Shown here piece by piece: positions 8,498 through 17,287 of a stretch of 63,775 nucleotides of DNA. The notes under the pieces are model-generated. The model had not been told where the DNA came from. It saw nothing but the letters and a program-made list of their open reading frames with translations, and searched no databases. The DNA comes from Bacillota bacterium. GTDB lineage: Bacteria; Bacillota; Clostridia; Christensenellales; UMGS416. The stretch lies in the NCBI GenBank assembly GCA_023428265.1, contig JAEYYW010000185.1, positions 1 through 63,775 of the forward strand, given 5' to 3'. The position numbers were made by a program, and so were the translations under genes. Position 1 is the first letter of the stretch. Every line of letters begins with the position of its first letter.

Positions 8498-9652
8498 TCA
8501 ATAAAGCTCAAAAATGAAATTCTGCTGCCTTGGATACATCCGGCAGAACAAAGCGGCCGCATCGGCGTCTCCACGGGCAAGGCCCGCATCAAGGGCTTCG
8601 GCTGCGTCCAGATAGCCGGTCAGAATCCGGGCCAGCGTGCCGACTCCGCAGGAAAAACCGGGCTGCTGATCGGTGCGCCTGGCGGAAGCACGCCCGCCGG
8701 AAGACAGGATGTGATAGACGCCATTGTTGGCAGCAACCATGTTGTCACCGGTGATCTCCAGCAACAGCTCTCCGTCGCAGGCTGGCGCGGCCTGGCCAAA
8801 CGCCAGAGGCACATCCACCACGCGGAACATCACATGGGGCTGCAAGCGCACCCTGTCTTTCCAGGCGCCGCCAAGCAGAAGGAACCGGTCAGAAACCGGC
8901 GCAGTCCACCACACGTCCTTGCCAATGGGCTTCAGAGCCGCCAGCACAGCGTCCACCGCCGCCAGGCGCGTGCAGACAAGCTCCACAATCTCAACCTCGT
9001 CAGCCCGTTCCTCACAAAAGGCATAGGCGCGGGCAGAACCGCTTGCCGTGGCCAACAGGAGGAAACCACCGTTGGCGGCGTTTTCCTCCACACGCCGCCG
9101 CCACTGCGCATCCCCCCGCAGGCAATGGCAGTTCAGGCCGGCCATATATTCCGAATAAAGAGCGGAGAGCAGAGAAAAGTCCGGCGACTCGACCCGCTCC
9201 ACAGCCCATCCGGCCGGGGCGTCCGGCAACTCCGGGGCAGGCCGGCGGGGCTCCTGGGAAAGGCAGCATGCCTCCCAGCCGAGCCGCTCATAAAACCCAT
9301 GGTGAAACGGATACAGAAAGTTGAAGCCCAGGCCCCTTTGCGCCATATCGGCAAGGGTATGGGCCATCAGCTCCCGGGCATAGCCTTTGTTACGCCACGC
9401 CGGGGCCGTTGCCACGCCGGAGAGAGCCTCTACAGGCACTGCCCTGCCACGCAGCTGAATGGTGTATGGGATCATCTGAAGGTTTGAAACAAGGGACTCC
9501 CCCGCATACATCGCAAGGGTCTGGTCCTGCTGGTAAACGCGTGAAAAATACCACGCAAGGAACCGCTCGCCGCTTTCCGGAAAGCTGTCTTTCCACAGAT
9601 CGCGGATCCCGCCTGTTTCTTCCGCTTTCGGCTTTCTGATCAGGGGTTGCAT
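8498..9652 (-). CDS. GNAT acetyltransferase, Eis-like (GNAT + SCP2-like C-terminal domain)
   Basis: 384 aa. GVATAPAWRNKGYARELMAHTL (acetyl-CoA motif) and FLYPFHHGFYERLGWE are typical of the Eis family. Overlaps the upstream gene by 13 nt. Confidence 0.7.
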   Translation of the reverse strand: MQPLIRKPKAEETGGIRDLWKDSFPESGERFLAWYFSRVYQQDQTLAMYAGESLVSNLQMIPYTIQLRGRAVPVEALSGVATAPAWRNKGYARELMAHTLADMAQRGLGFNFLYPFHHGFYERLGWEACCLSQEPRRPAPELPDAPAGWAVERVESPDFSLLSALYSEYMAGLNCHCLRGDAQWRRRVEENAANGGFLLLATASGSARAYAFCEERADEVEIVELVCTRLAAVDAVLAALKPIGKDVWWTAPVSDRFLLLGGAWKDRVRLQPHVMFRVVDVPLAFGQAAPACDGELLLEITGDNMVAANNGVYHILSSGGRASARRTDQQPGFSCGVGTLARILTGYLDAAEALDAGLARGDADAAALFCRMYPRQQNFIFELY

Positions 9653-10578
9653 TGCTGCCTGATCCGATACTTGTTTGCCATGTGGTGCGGATAATAGGAT
9701 TCTTTCGCGCGGCGCAGGCCGGGGATACCCATATCCTCCTCGCGGTTCACAAACTGCACATCGGGAAAATTCCGATAAAGGAACTGCTGGTTGAGAAACG
9801 CATAAATGCCGGGCACAGTGGGGTCGGCCTTCTCCAGATGGATTAGCGCCATATCAGGCCGCAGCCGCTCACCCACGGTGAACGCAACCGGCTTGCCGCT
9901 CATCTCGATGAGCGCGCCGGTGAGCCCCAGCGCTTCCATGTGGGTAACAGCTTCGCGCACGGCGTAATATTCGCATCTGGCTTCGTCGCCGCCGTCATGG
10001 TCCTGCATCCATTGATCGCAGATCATCAGGCAGCGGTCCAGGTGCTCAGGCCCCAGATCCACCCAATCATAGCCGGGGCCGCCCAGAAACTTGTTGATGT
10101 GGTTGCGCTTTGCGTGATACTTCTTGCCCGGCAGATCCACCAAATCACTGCGCAGGTAGATATACTCAGCAAGGTCACGATCCTCCGCCACCTCAAAACC
10201 GTCGGCACCCTCTGCCCGAAGCCTGTCCACAAACTCCTGGTTCACGCCCATAATGTCCAGACCGCAGGCACGGGCGGAAATGTCGGCGATCGCCGTCTCC
10301 ACCGCCGGCCTCACCGGCATGCCTTTGGGCACGATGGGCTGCATGTGGCCCATACACCCCGTTTCCGGGTGGGCATAGCACAGATAGAGCACACCGTCTT
10401 GCTCGCACAGCTCAATCATCCAGCCCTGACGCCAGATAAACAGGTTGGCAAATGACATCTCGGAGTTCTCAAACGGCAGATCTGAGGTGTATCGCAAAAA
10501 AAGCTCTTTGTCTTCAAGCCTCAACGGCCGGAATGGTAACAAACAAATCCCCCTGACCATTTGCGTCGATGAACCCAT
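9640..10578 (-). CDS. DUF2156-family protein (MprF C-terminal, aminoacyl-tRNA-transferase-like fold)
   Basis: LRLEDKELFLRYTS...SFANLFIWRQGW...GKKYHAKRNHINKF...LGIPGLRRAKESY matches the DUF2156 / lysyl-PG-synthase C-terminal pattern. The start is uncertain (10644, 10578 or 10560). Confidence 0.65.
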   Translation of the reverse strand: MGSSTQMVRGICLLPFRPLRLEDKELFLRYTSDLPFENSEMSFANLFIWRQGWMIELCEQDGVLYLCYAHPETGCMGHMQPIVPKGMPVRPAVETAIADISARACGLDIMGVNQEFVDRLRAEGADGFEVAEDRDLAEYIYLRSDLVDLPGKKYHAKRNHINKFLGGPGYDWVDLGPEHLDRCLMICDQWMQDHDGGDEARCEYYAVREAVTHMEALGLTGALIEMSGKPVAFTVGERLRPDMALIHLEKADPTVPGIYAFLNQQFLYRNFPDVQFVNREEDMGIPGLRRAKESYYPHHMANKYRIRQQCNP

Positions 10579-10665
10579 TATAAACCATTCCGGGGAAATG
10601 GGAAAGCGCAGAAACGCAAGAAGCAGCAAACCAATGCCTGGCAACGGGCCCGAAGCTCATCCAGT

Positions 10666-11142
10666 TCAAAACAACGCGCTGTTTTCGGCACGCAACAAGA
10701 AATCCTTCGGAGACGCGGGCAAGGCCTGCTCGGTCATGCGGCGGTTCATCTGAATCGTCACGTTTGTAAACTTTCCGTCCGTCACCTCAGCGGATGCGCT
10801 CGCTTCCAGCTGGACGGTTTCCTGCAGCGACATCACCTCAAGCCTGTAGCGGCCGGGGATCATCTTCATGCGGAAGAAGCCGTCTTCATCGGGCGTGATC
10901 CGGGTGATGACACGGCCGGTGCTCTCATCGTGCACAATGATCACATATTTTTCCCGGTTTGCATCATCGGAGCTCCGGGTGATCACGGAATTCTTCTGCT
11001 GATGAAGGATCTGCCCTTCAATCCCGCTGCAGGAGCCGCGGCTGGGGCTAAACAGAATGAGCAGCGCAAGCATCACATCAAGCGCAAGCGCCCATGCCAG
11101 CAACACCTTGTTTGGCTTGGAGTTTGCCGGAATCTTGAACAT
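10666..11142 (-). CDS. Membrane-anchored protein with a carboxypeptidase-regulatory-like (beta-sandwich) domain
   Basis: N-terminal TM (VLLAWALALDVMLALLILF), then GQILHQ...TGRVITRITPDEDGFFRMKMIPGRYRLEV (CarboxypepD_reg-like pattern). The start was moved to ATG 11142; 11178 is a TTG. Confidence 0.5.
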   Translation of the reverse strand: MFKIPANSKPNKVLLAWALALDVMLALLILFSPSRGSCSGIEGQILHQQKNSVITRSSDDANREKYVIIVHDESTGRVITRITPDEDGFFRMKMIPGRYRLEVMSLQETVQLEASASAEVTDGKFTNVTIQMNRRMTEQALPASPKDFLLRAENSALF

Positions 11143-11253
11143 CTCAATTAACCCTTTCACAATGGAAGGATATGACAATTATACGCAAAGGCAAGAAAAA
11201 TGTAAACAACCTGCAGACGGTGACGAACCCCGGGCGGCGAGGCCCGGCCACAC

Positions 11254-11973
11254 TCAGATTTCTTCTTCCTCCTCGGTGATGCCAAGATCACTCCGCAAGG
11301 CGTCTATGCGCGCCCGGAGCTTCTCCGGCGTCACATCGTTCAGGGCGTCCATGCTCTTGGTCATGGCCTCCCTGTAATAATCCAGCGCTGCCTCCGGCCG
11401 CCCGTCATGCTCGGCGATCAGGCCCATGTGGTAAATTGCATCGGCAAAGCGCTTCTTCGCATATGCTTTCTCAATATAGCCCCTGGCCTTGTCCCACTGG
11501 CCCATCTCCAGATACATCTGCCCGGTGTTGTCCAGAATCACATGGTCTTCCGGCTCATACTCCAACGCTTCCAGGTTGTAGGGCTCTGCCTTGTCATACA
11601 TCTTCAGCGACGTGTAGACATAGCCGAGAGTTTGATACACGCGAATGCTCTTGAAATTCTGGTGCAGGTCTTCCAGCGCAATCAGCGCCTTCTCGGAGTT
11701 GCCCAGCTTGAACCAGGTGATGGCGCGGTTCATGCGGATCAGGTTGCGGAGCGGCGCCTTGCAGGCAGGAGATCTGAGCGCGCTGTCCAGGTGCTGCAGC
11801 GCCTCTTCAAACTTGCCCTGCTTCATCAACAGCACGCCGAAGGCTCCCTCGTTTTTGAATGACATGCCGCCATACTTCATGCCCCGGCGATAAAACTTCT
11901 CGGCTTTGGCCAAAAAGCTCCGCATGTGGTTGTAATACCCGATGTTTCCAAACAAATTTCCAATCAGCGACAT
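11254..11973 (-). CDS. Tetratricopeptide-repeat (TPR) protein
   Basis: Repeated A..(Y/F)..A(L/I)...P motifs (ALQHLDSALRSP, KALIALEDL, AEPYNLEALEYEPED, ARGYIEKAY, ALDYYREAM). ATG 11973 lies 1 nt after the stop of the upstream gene. Confidence 0.7.
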   Translation of the reverse strand: MSLIGNLFGNIGYYNHMRSFLAKAEKFYRRGMKYGGMSFKNEGAFGVLLMKQGKFEEALQHLDSALRSPACKAPLRNLIRMNRAITWFKLGNSEKALIALEDLHQNFKSIRVYQTLGYVYTSLKMYDKAEPYNLEALEYEPEDHVILDNTGQMYLEMGQWDKARGYIEKAYAKKRFADAIYHMGLIAEHDGRPEAALDYYREAMTKSMDALNDVTPEKLRARIDALRSDLGITEEEEEI

Positions 11974-11974
11974 C

Positions 11975-13147
11975 TCAGCGCTCCTCCTTGGCGAGCTTGC
12001 GCAGCAGACGATCCCTCCGCCTGGCGAAGGAAGCGGACTCCGCGCTGCCGGAAGCAAAGCCCAGCGCACACAATTTTAACATGCAGCGCTCCACGATTTC
12101 CAGCGCTTTTTCCGTGTCGCCAAGACGATGCTCATAATACTTGGCCAGTTCCGCATAGGGCAGCAGGCCATGACCGCCCTCGTCCAGCATCCGCAGCCAG
12201 TGATCCGCCGCCTCGTCGTGGCGGCCCTGGCGCTTCAGAAGCATGGACAGCTCCCGGATGGCGCCGGCGCCTCCCTGCTGGTAAAAGCGCTCAGCCTCCT
12301 GCATGCGGCCCATACGCTCGTGAAGACGCCCGCAGGACCACAGGTCTTCGGCATGCTGAAGCTCCTCAGGCCGCTTCACGGCCTGGCACATCCGGCAGAG
12401 CAGCGTGAGCAGCGAGGCGATGTCGCGGCGGTTGTGCTCCATCACCATGCGCATCGGCTCAAAATCCCCGCTGCGCAGATATTCAAAGAACATCACCGGC
12501 ACCAGGGAGCCCGGCACATCCTCCACACGCTCCCGGCCCAGCACTTCCTTTTCAAGATTTTGCAGGTTGCACTGCCGAAGCCTTTTTCGATAGATCCGGC
12601 GGGCGGCGTGCAGCAGGTCCACCTGCTCCATGTCGTCCAGTGGCGCGGCAATGCGGTTGATCACGGCGCGGGAAGCTATCAGAGGGGTGTCGAAGCACTT
12701 GCCGTTGAAGCTCACAAGCCAGTCAAAGCCCCTCAGCTTCTTGCACAGCATGGAGAGCATTTCGCCCTCCACATCATAATCCTCCATAAAAAACTGCTCG
12801 ATGATGAACTTGCTGCCGGACACATAACCCAAACCGATCAGAAAGGCCACGGTGCCGCTGCCACCGGCCAGACCGGTGGTTTCAGTATCCACAAAAGCGG
12901 CCTTGGTGATGTCCCAATCCTCAAAACCGGCGCTTTTGCAGATCACGCGCACAGCGTCTTCCTCGGCGCAGGCAAGCAAGCCGCCGGACACTTCCTCCAG
13001 ATCGTATTCCGCGACCTCATGGAGGCAGGCGGATTTCTTTGCAGGGCGAGGCGCATCGTCCTGCGCGCGGTAGGCAGGCGATTCCATCGCGATGCGCTTC
13101 AGTTTTTCTTCCAGGGAGGACATGGCTTTATTATAGCGCAATTCCAT
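11975..13147 (-). CDS. RNase H-fold DEDD exonuclease with a C-terminal TPR-like domain (YprB/MrfB-like)
   Basis: AAFVDTETTGLAGGSGTVAFLIGLGY...SFNGKCFDTPLI...LEKEVLG..R..DVPG is the YprB-type RNase_H_2 pattern. The C-terminal third is helical-repeat. Confidence 0.65.
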   Translation of the reverse strand: MELRYNKAMSSLEEKLKRIAMESPAYRAQDDAPRPAKKSACLHEVAEYDLEEVSGGLLACAEEDAVRVICKSAGFEDWDITKAAFVDTETTGLAGGSGTVAFLIGLGYVSGSKFIIEQFFMEDYDVEGEMLSMLCKKLRGFDWLVSFNGKCFDTPLIASRAVINRIAAPLDDMEQVDLLHAARRIYRKRLRQCNLQNLEKEVLGRERVEDVPGSLVPVMFFEYLRSGDFEPMRMVMEHNRRDIASLLTLLCRMCQAVKRPEELQHAEDLWSCGRLHERMGRMQEAERFYQQGGAGAIRELSMLLKRQGRHDEAADHWLRMLDEGGHGLLPYAELAKYYEHRLGDTEKALEIVERCMLKLCALGFASGSAESASFARRRDRLLRKLAKEER

Positions 13148-13233
13148 GAAAATAGCACGAACCCCCGCCCAGGACCGGGAGGAGGTTCGCGGCGAAATTT
13201 AAGCCATTGGGCCAGCTACCAGGGGCCAGAGCC

Positions 13234-16200
13234 TTACCGTGTGATCTTGATTGTTTTATAATAATACTTGGGCCCCACCGTGACGCGCACCGTGTAGCTG
13301 CCCGTGGGCACAATAGAGCCCACTTTCAGCCCTGCGGTGTTGCCGGCGGTCGCCTTGCCGTTCCAGGTGATGGCGTAGTATTTCCCGGCGGGCATGTTGA
13401 CGAAACTCTTCACGGTGGCCGCAACCTTCCCCTTGGAGTTGATCACCTGCACGGTGGCGTTGGTTGGATAATTGACTTTGAAGTTGCAGAGCGCGTAGCT
13501 GCCGCCGGTGGCCCGGAATGTTCTGGCATAGCTCTTCCATGTCACAGACGGGTAACGCACGATTTTCACGGTGATCGTGGCTGACGTGCCGGTGATGCCG
13601 TTTGCAACCGGCGTGACGCGCACCTTGTAGGTGCCGACTGCCAGATATCTGCCGGATACCTTTCCGTCCCAGGCCCAGGTCTTGACCCCGGCGGAGGTTT
13701 CCGCGCGGGTCAGGATCGGAACCCACCGGCCCGAACGATAGACCTCAAGCTTGGCTGTGCCGGGGCCGCCCATCTTGTAGCTGAACGTCATGCGGTTGCT
13801 GCCGCCCGGTGAAAGCGCGGCGGTGGTGCCGATTTTGGGAATTGCGGAAAAAGCAGAAACCGTTGTGCCGCGCTTCAGCGTGAGCGTATAGGTTTTGGTT
13901 TTATCGGTGGTGAGCGGCGAGGCCACCACGATGGTCACTTTTTTGGTGCCGCCCAGGCCTACGGACACAGAGCGGCTCAGCGCCTGCACACCATCGATGG
14001 TTACGGTGGCCTGCGCGCTGGCTCGGGTAGCCGAGACGGTGACTGCCCCTGTTGTGGCGGGCATAAGGCCCGTGTATGCCACCACGGTGGTGGAGAATGC
14101 CGGGCTTCTGGAAATGGCCGGTGAAACGGCGATGTTGGCCAGGCCCAGGTTCACAACGGGGGCCCTGACCACATGCAGCGTATAAGTCTTTGTGGTGGAA
14201 CCATCCTGCGCGGTAACCTCCACAACCACATCTTTGGATACGGAAGAAGAAGACAGCGCAACCACAACGCTGGAAGCAGCCTGCCCGTCGATTTTGCACG
14301 TGGCCTTGCCGCTGGCCGTCAGCGGCTTGATCGTGACGGAGCCCACATAGTCATACAGCGTGATGGTGCAGCCGGCAGACTCCGGTTGAAACGCCGGGCG
14401 AATATAGGCGCCGGCGGAGAGGCTGATGCCGGACAAGCGCGGGTTTTGGGAGACATAAACAGCCGTGTAGGTTTTGCCGGTTGCGGAGTCCGGTGGGTCA
14501 GGCGTGAAGCAGGCGGGCCCGGCGCCGACAGTGTCAGCCTGGCCGTCGCCGTTGATATCCCAACCAACAAAGACCGACTCGGCGCGGTTCGCCGCCGGCA
14601 GGAGGATCTGCTCCCCATACCAGTAGCGGGACTTCGGCAAAGCGTCGCCCGTGCCGCCGTCATAGTTGAGTGATATGGCATAGGTGGTTTGCGGCGACAC
14701 CACCGCAAAGCCCGGCAAGCCGGCCGGAGGCGCTTCGGGGTTCAGATAGTTGCTGCTGAGATCCAGCGACGCCAGCGCGGTCATCCCGCTGAAGAAGTCG
14801 CTTGAGACAGCGGTGAGCAGATTGGCGGAAAGGTCCAGCCACTCTATCGATGTGCTTGCGGCCAGCCAGGCCGGCAAGGCGCTGATGCGGTTGCCGGCCG
14901 CGTTCAGGCTCTTGAGCGCCGCGGGCAGGGCCGCCCCATCCGGCAGGGCAGAAAAGCCACAGTTTGAAATGTTGAGGGAAACCAGAGAGCCGAGACCAGA
15001 CAGGTCCGGCAGCGCGGATAACGGGTTACCGGCCACATCCAGCGATTGCAGGCCGGCCAAAGCCGAAAGCTCGTCAGGCAGCGCCTTCAGGCCATGGGCT
15101 CCCAGCTTGAGCGTCCGCAGCGAGGTTGCACCGCCGATGCCCTCCATGCTTGAAAACACACCACCGGAGAGATCCAAACTGGTCACGGAGGCAAGCTCGG
15201 CAGCGGTGACAAAGCCGTCGGCATTGCTGTCAGCGCCTGCCGAAGCAAGAGCTGCGCCAAAGCCTGCGTCGGTGAAATGGATTGTGCCGGTGGCTTCATA
15301 GCGGGCCGTGAAGGTCTTGTTTGCGGTGATGCTCATCGCCAGGATCTGCGCTTCGGTCAGCTTGGTCTGGCCGTCATACCAGCCGAGGAAATCATAACCG
15401 GCAAGCGGCGCCGCCTCCGGCACGGCAGAAATATGACCACCGGCGGTTACCTGCGAGACGACATCCTCCGCGCCGCCGCCGATGGTGCCGAACCGCTCCG
15501 TGCGGAAAGTGACCGTGTAGCCGAAGATCGCCTTATACGTCACGGAAGAGGCGGTGACGGGGGTGGGCGCGACAGGCACCGTGTCTCCGCCGCGGGCATC
15601 CACGGTTCCGTTGCCATCGGAGTCCCAACCGCTGAACACAGAACCGGCCTTTGCGGCGGAGGGCAGCTTGACCGTCTCGCCATGGTAATAGCGGGATTTC
15701 GGCAACACACTGCCGCTCAGTGTGCCGCCGTTCAAATTCAGGGAGACGGCGTAATCCTTCTGCCTTGCGTACACCACCGTGGCCCCGGCCCGGACTTTGC
15801 CAAGCTCCGTGCGGTCATCGCTGCCGGTGATGGGGTTCAAATAGTTGTATTCAATTTCAAGACGGCTTAAGGAACCCATGCCGGCAAACACGTCGGCGGG
15901 CAGCGCCGTGAGCCGGTTGTAGTTCAGCACGAGCCTGGAGAGGCCCGTCAGGTTCGCAAAGGAGGCCGGCAGGCTTGCAAGGCTGTTTTGCGCCATGTCC
16001 AGGTCAGAAAGCTTTGCAAGATTGCCAAAGCTTGAAGGGAGCGACGCGATGCTGTTGTCCCACAGTGTGAGCGTGCTCAGGTTCACCAGGCTGCCGATAG
16101 AGTCCGGAAGCGCGGTGAGGCTGTTGCGGTGCAGGTAGAGCTCCCGGAGCTTTGTCAGGCCGGAAAACGCGTCGGGCAGGCTGGTCAAGCCGTTGTTATA

Positions 16201-16695
16201 CAGATTGAGCTCGACCAGGTTCACAAGGCTTCCCACACCCGCCGGCAAGGAGGCGATGCGGTTGAGCTTCAGGTCCAGCGTGGTCAAGCCGGTCATCGTC
16301 CACAGGGAGGCGGGCAGGCCAGCCTCCGTGAGAGCGTTGCTGGTCAGGTCCAGCGTCTTGAGCTTGGTAAGGTTGGAGATTTCCGCCGGCAGCTCGGTAA
16401 TGCCGGTGCCTGAGACAGTGAGGGATGTGAGGTTTGTGGCGTATCCGATGCCGGTGATGCTGGTCAAGCGGTTGTCCATCACTGTCAGCGTGGTCAACGC
16501 GGCCAGCTCCGTTACGGTGATGGTGCCGCTCCCGTCGGTATCGACGCCGGATGCGACCAACGCGGCCTGGAAAGCCGGTTGCATGACCACCTCTCCGGCG
16601 GCGGCATGGGCGGCCGATTGAAGGCCGGGGAATGCAACAGACAGCATGAGGGAGAGCAGCACGGTGATTGCTGCGGCGGCGGCTGGTTTTTTCAT
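13234..16695 (-). CDS. Secreted giant surface protein: two LRR blocks, Listeria-Bacteroides repeats, two cadherin-like domains, two FlgD-Ig-like domains
   Basis: Signal peptide MKKPAAAAAITVLLSLMLSVAFPGLQSAAHA. Two DxDGSGxIT/EF-hand-like segments. 22-23-aa LRRs (LxxLxLxxNxLxxLPxxhxxL). YAVSLNLNGG...FSGWD repeats. PRLSGISLSAG...KTYTLHVVRA cadherin-like domains. C-terminal WDGK..G.Y...V FlgD-Ig-like domains. The start was moved to ATG 16695 (GGGAGGG SD). Confidence 0.8.
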   Translation of the reverse strand: MKKPAAAAAITVLLSLMLSVAFPGLQSAAHAAAGEVVMQPAFQAALVASGVDTDGSGTITVTELAALTTLTVMDNRLTSITGIGYATNLTSLTVSGTGITELPAEISNLTKLKTLDLTSNALTEAGLPASLWTMTGLTTLDLKLNRIASLPAGVGSLVNLVELNLYNNGLTSLPDAFSGLTKLRELYLHRNSLTALPDSIGSLVNLSTLTLWDNSIASLPSSFGNLAKLSDLDMAQNSLASLPASFANLTGLSRLVLNYNRLTALPADVFAGMGSLSRLEIEYNYLNPITGSDDRTELGKVRAGATVVYARQKDYAVSLNLNGGTLSGSVLPKSRYYHGETVKLPSAAKAGSVFSGWDSDGNGTVDARGGDTVPVAPTPVTASSVTYKAIFGYTVTFRTERFGTIGGGAEDVVSQVTAGGHISAVPEAAPLAGYDFLGWYDGQTKLTEAQILAMSITANKTFTARYEATGTIHFTDAGFGAALASAGADSNADGFVTAAELASVTSLDLSGGVFSSMEGIGGATSLRTLKLGAHGLKALPDELSALAGLQSLDVAGNPLSALPDLSGLGSLVSLNISNCGFSALPDGAALPAALKSLNAAGNRISALPAWLAASTSIEWLDLSANLLTAVSSDFFSGMTALASLDLSSNYLNPEAPPAGLPGFAVVSPQTTYAISLNYDGGTGDALPKSRYWYGEQILLPAANRAESVFVGWDINGDGQADTVGAGPACFTPDPPDSATGKTYTAVYVSQNPRLSGISLSAGAYIRPAFQPESAGCTITLYDYVGSVTIKPLTASGKATCKIDGQAASSVVVALSSSSVSKDVVVEVTAQDGSTTKTYTLHVVRAPVVNLGLANIAVSPAISRSPAFSTTVVAYTGLMPATTGAVTVSATRASAQATVTIDGVQALSRSVSVGLGGTKKVTIVVASPLTTDKTKTYTLTLKRGTTVSAFSAIPKIGTTAALSPGGSNRMTFSYKMGGPGTAKLEVYRSGRWVPILTRAETSAGVKTWAWDGKVSGRYLAVGTYKVRVTPVANGITGTSATITVKIVRYPSVTWKSYARTFRATGGSYALCNFKVNYPTNATVQVINSKGKVAATVKSFVNMPAGKYYAITWNGKATAGNTAGLKVGSIVPTGSYTVRVTVGPKYYYKTIKITR

Positions 16696-16867
16696 TTCCA
16701 TTCCCTCCCGATATGTCGTTGGGCCCAGATATTCCAATAACTGAATAAATACCCGGCTCGAATACTGCTCAAACAATCCCAATCTTATCCTGATCAAAAT
16801 TTTTATAAAATCGTGTGTAATGCGCGGCACAGAAGATTTTTAGGCGATCCTCCATACTATTGGTTTG

Positions 16868-16901
16868 TCGAATGCAGTCGAATCCACCTCGAATGTCGAA
16901 A
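16868..16901. repeat. Four phased TCGAA(T) direct repeats in the LRR-gene / XRE-gene divergent intergenic region
   Basis: gTCGAATgcagTCGAATccaccTCGAATgTCGAAa. The repeats start at 16868, 16878, 16889 and 16896. Confidence 0.6.
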
Positions 16902-17010
16902 AATGGTGATTAATTCTTTGGTTTCAGCCTAAACAATGTAACTTTATGGAACAAATGATGTGTGTGAATCTCATATAATTCTTGGGAATGAGTCCATCAT
17001 CAATAAGGAG

Positions 17011-17277
17011 ATGAACGCTCAAATGCAAAAAGATGGGAAAAACATCGTGGGCCGTAGGGTGAAGATTGCCAGAAAAAAGAGCAAGAAGCCGATTACGCAG
17101 CAGGATCTGTCAGCCAGGCTTGGTGTGATGGGCGTGAATATTGACCGCGTGTCCATCTCCAAGATCGAATCCAGCAACCGGTATGTGGCAGACTTCGAAG
17201 TGCTTGCCCTCGCCAACGCCCTGGAAGTGTCGGTGCAGTGGCTGCTGACCGGCGAGGGGTGCCAGCCGCAGAAGTAG
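17011..17277 (+). CDS. XRE-family helix-turn-helix transcriptional regulator
   Basis: GRRVKIARKKSKKPITQQDLSARLGVMGVNIDRVSISKIESSNRYVADFEVLALANAL is an HTH_3/Cro-C1 pattern. The start was moved to ATG 17011 (AAGGAG SD). Confidence 0.8.
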   Translation: MNAQMQKDGKNIVGRRVKIARKKSKKPITQQDLSARLGVMGVNIDRVSISKIESSNRYVADFEVLALANALEVSVQWLLTGEGCQPQK

Positions 17278-17287
17278 CCCACGGCAG

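Noticed and set aside
16696-16830. Upstream extensions of several track ORFs: the LRR gene to 16830, 19332-20510, 21913, 24852, 26220, 27682, 30276, 38617, 46902, 55229, 54933 and 58002.
   Set aside because: The extensions lack SDs, have non-coding composition, or run through promoters and terminators. Internal starts with good SDs give N-termini that match the protein families.
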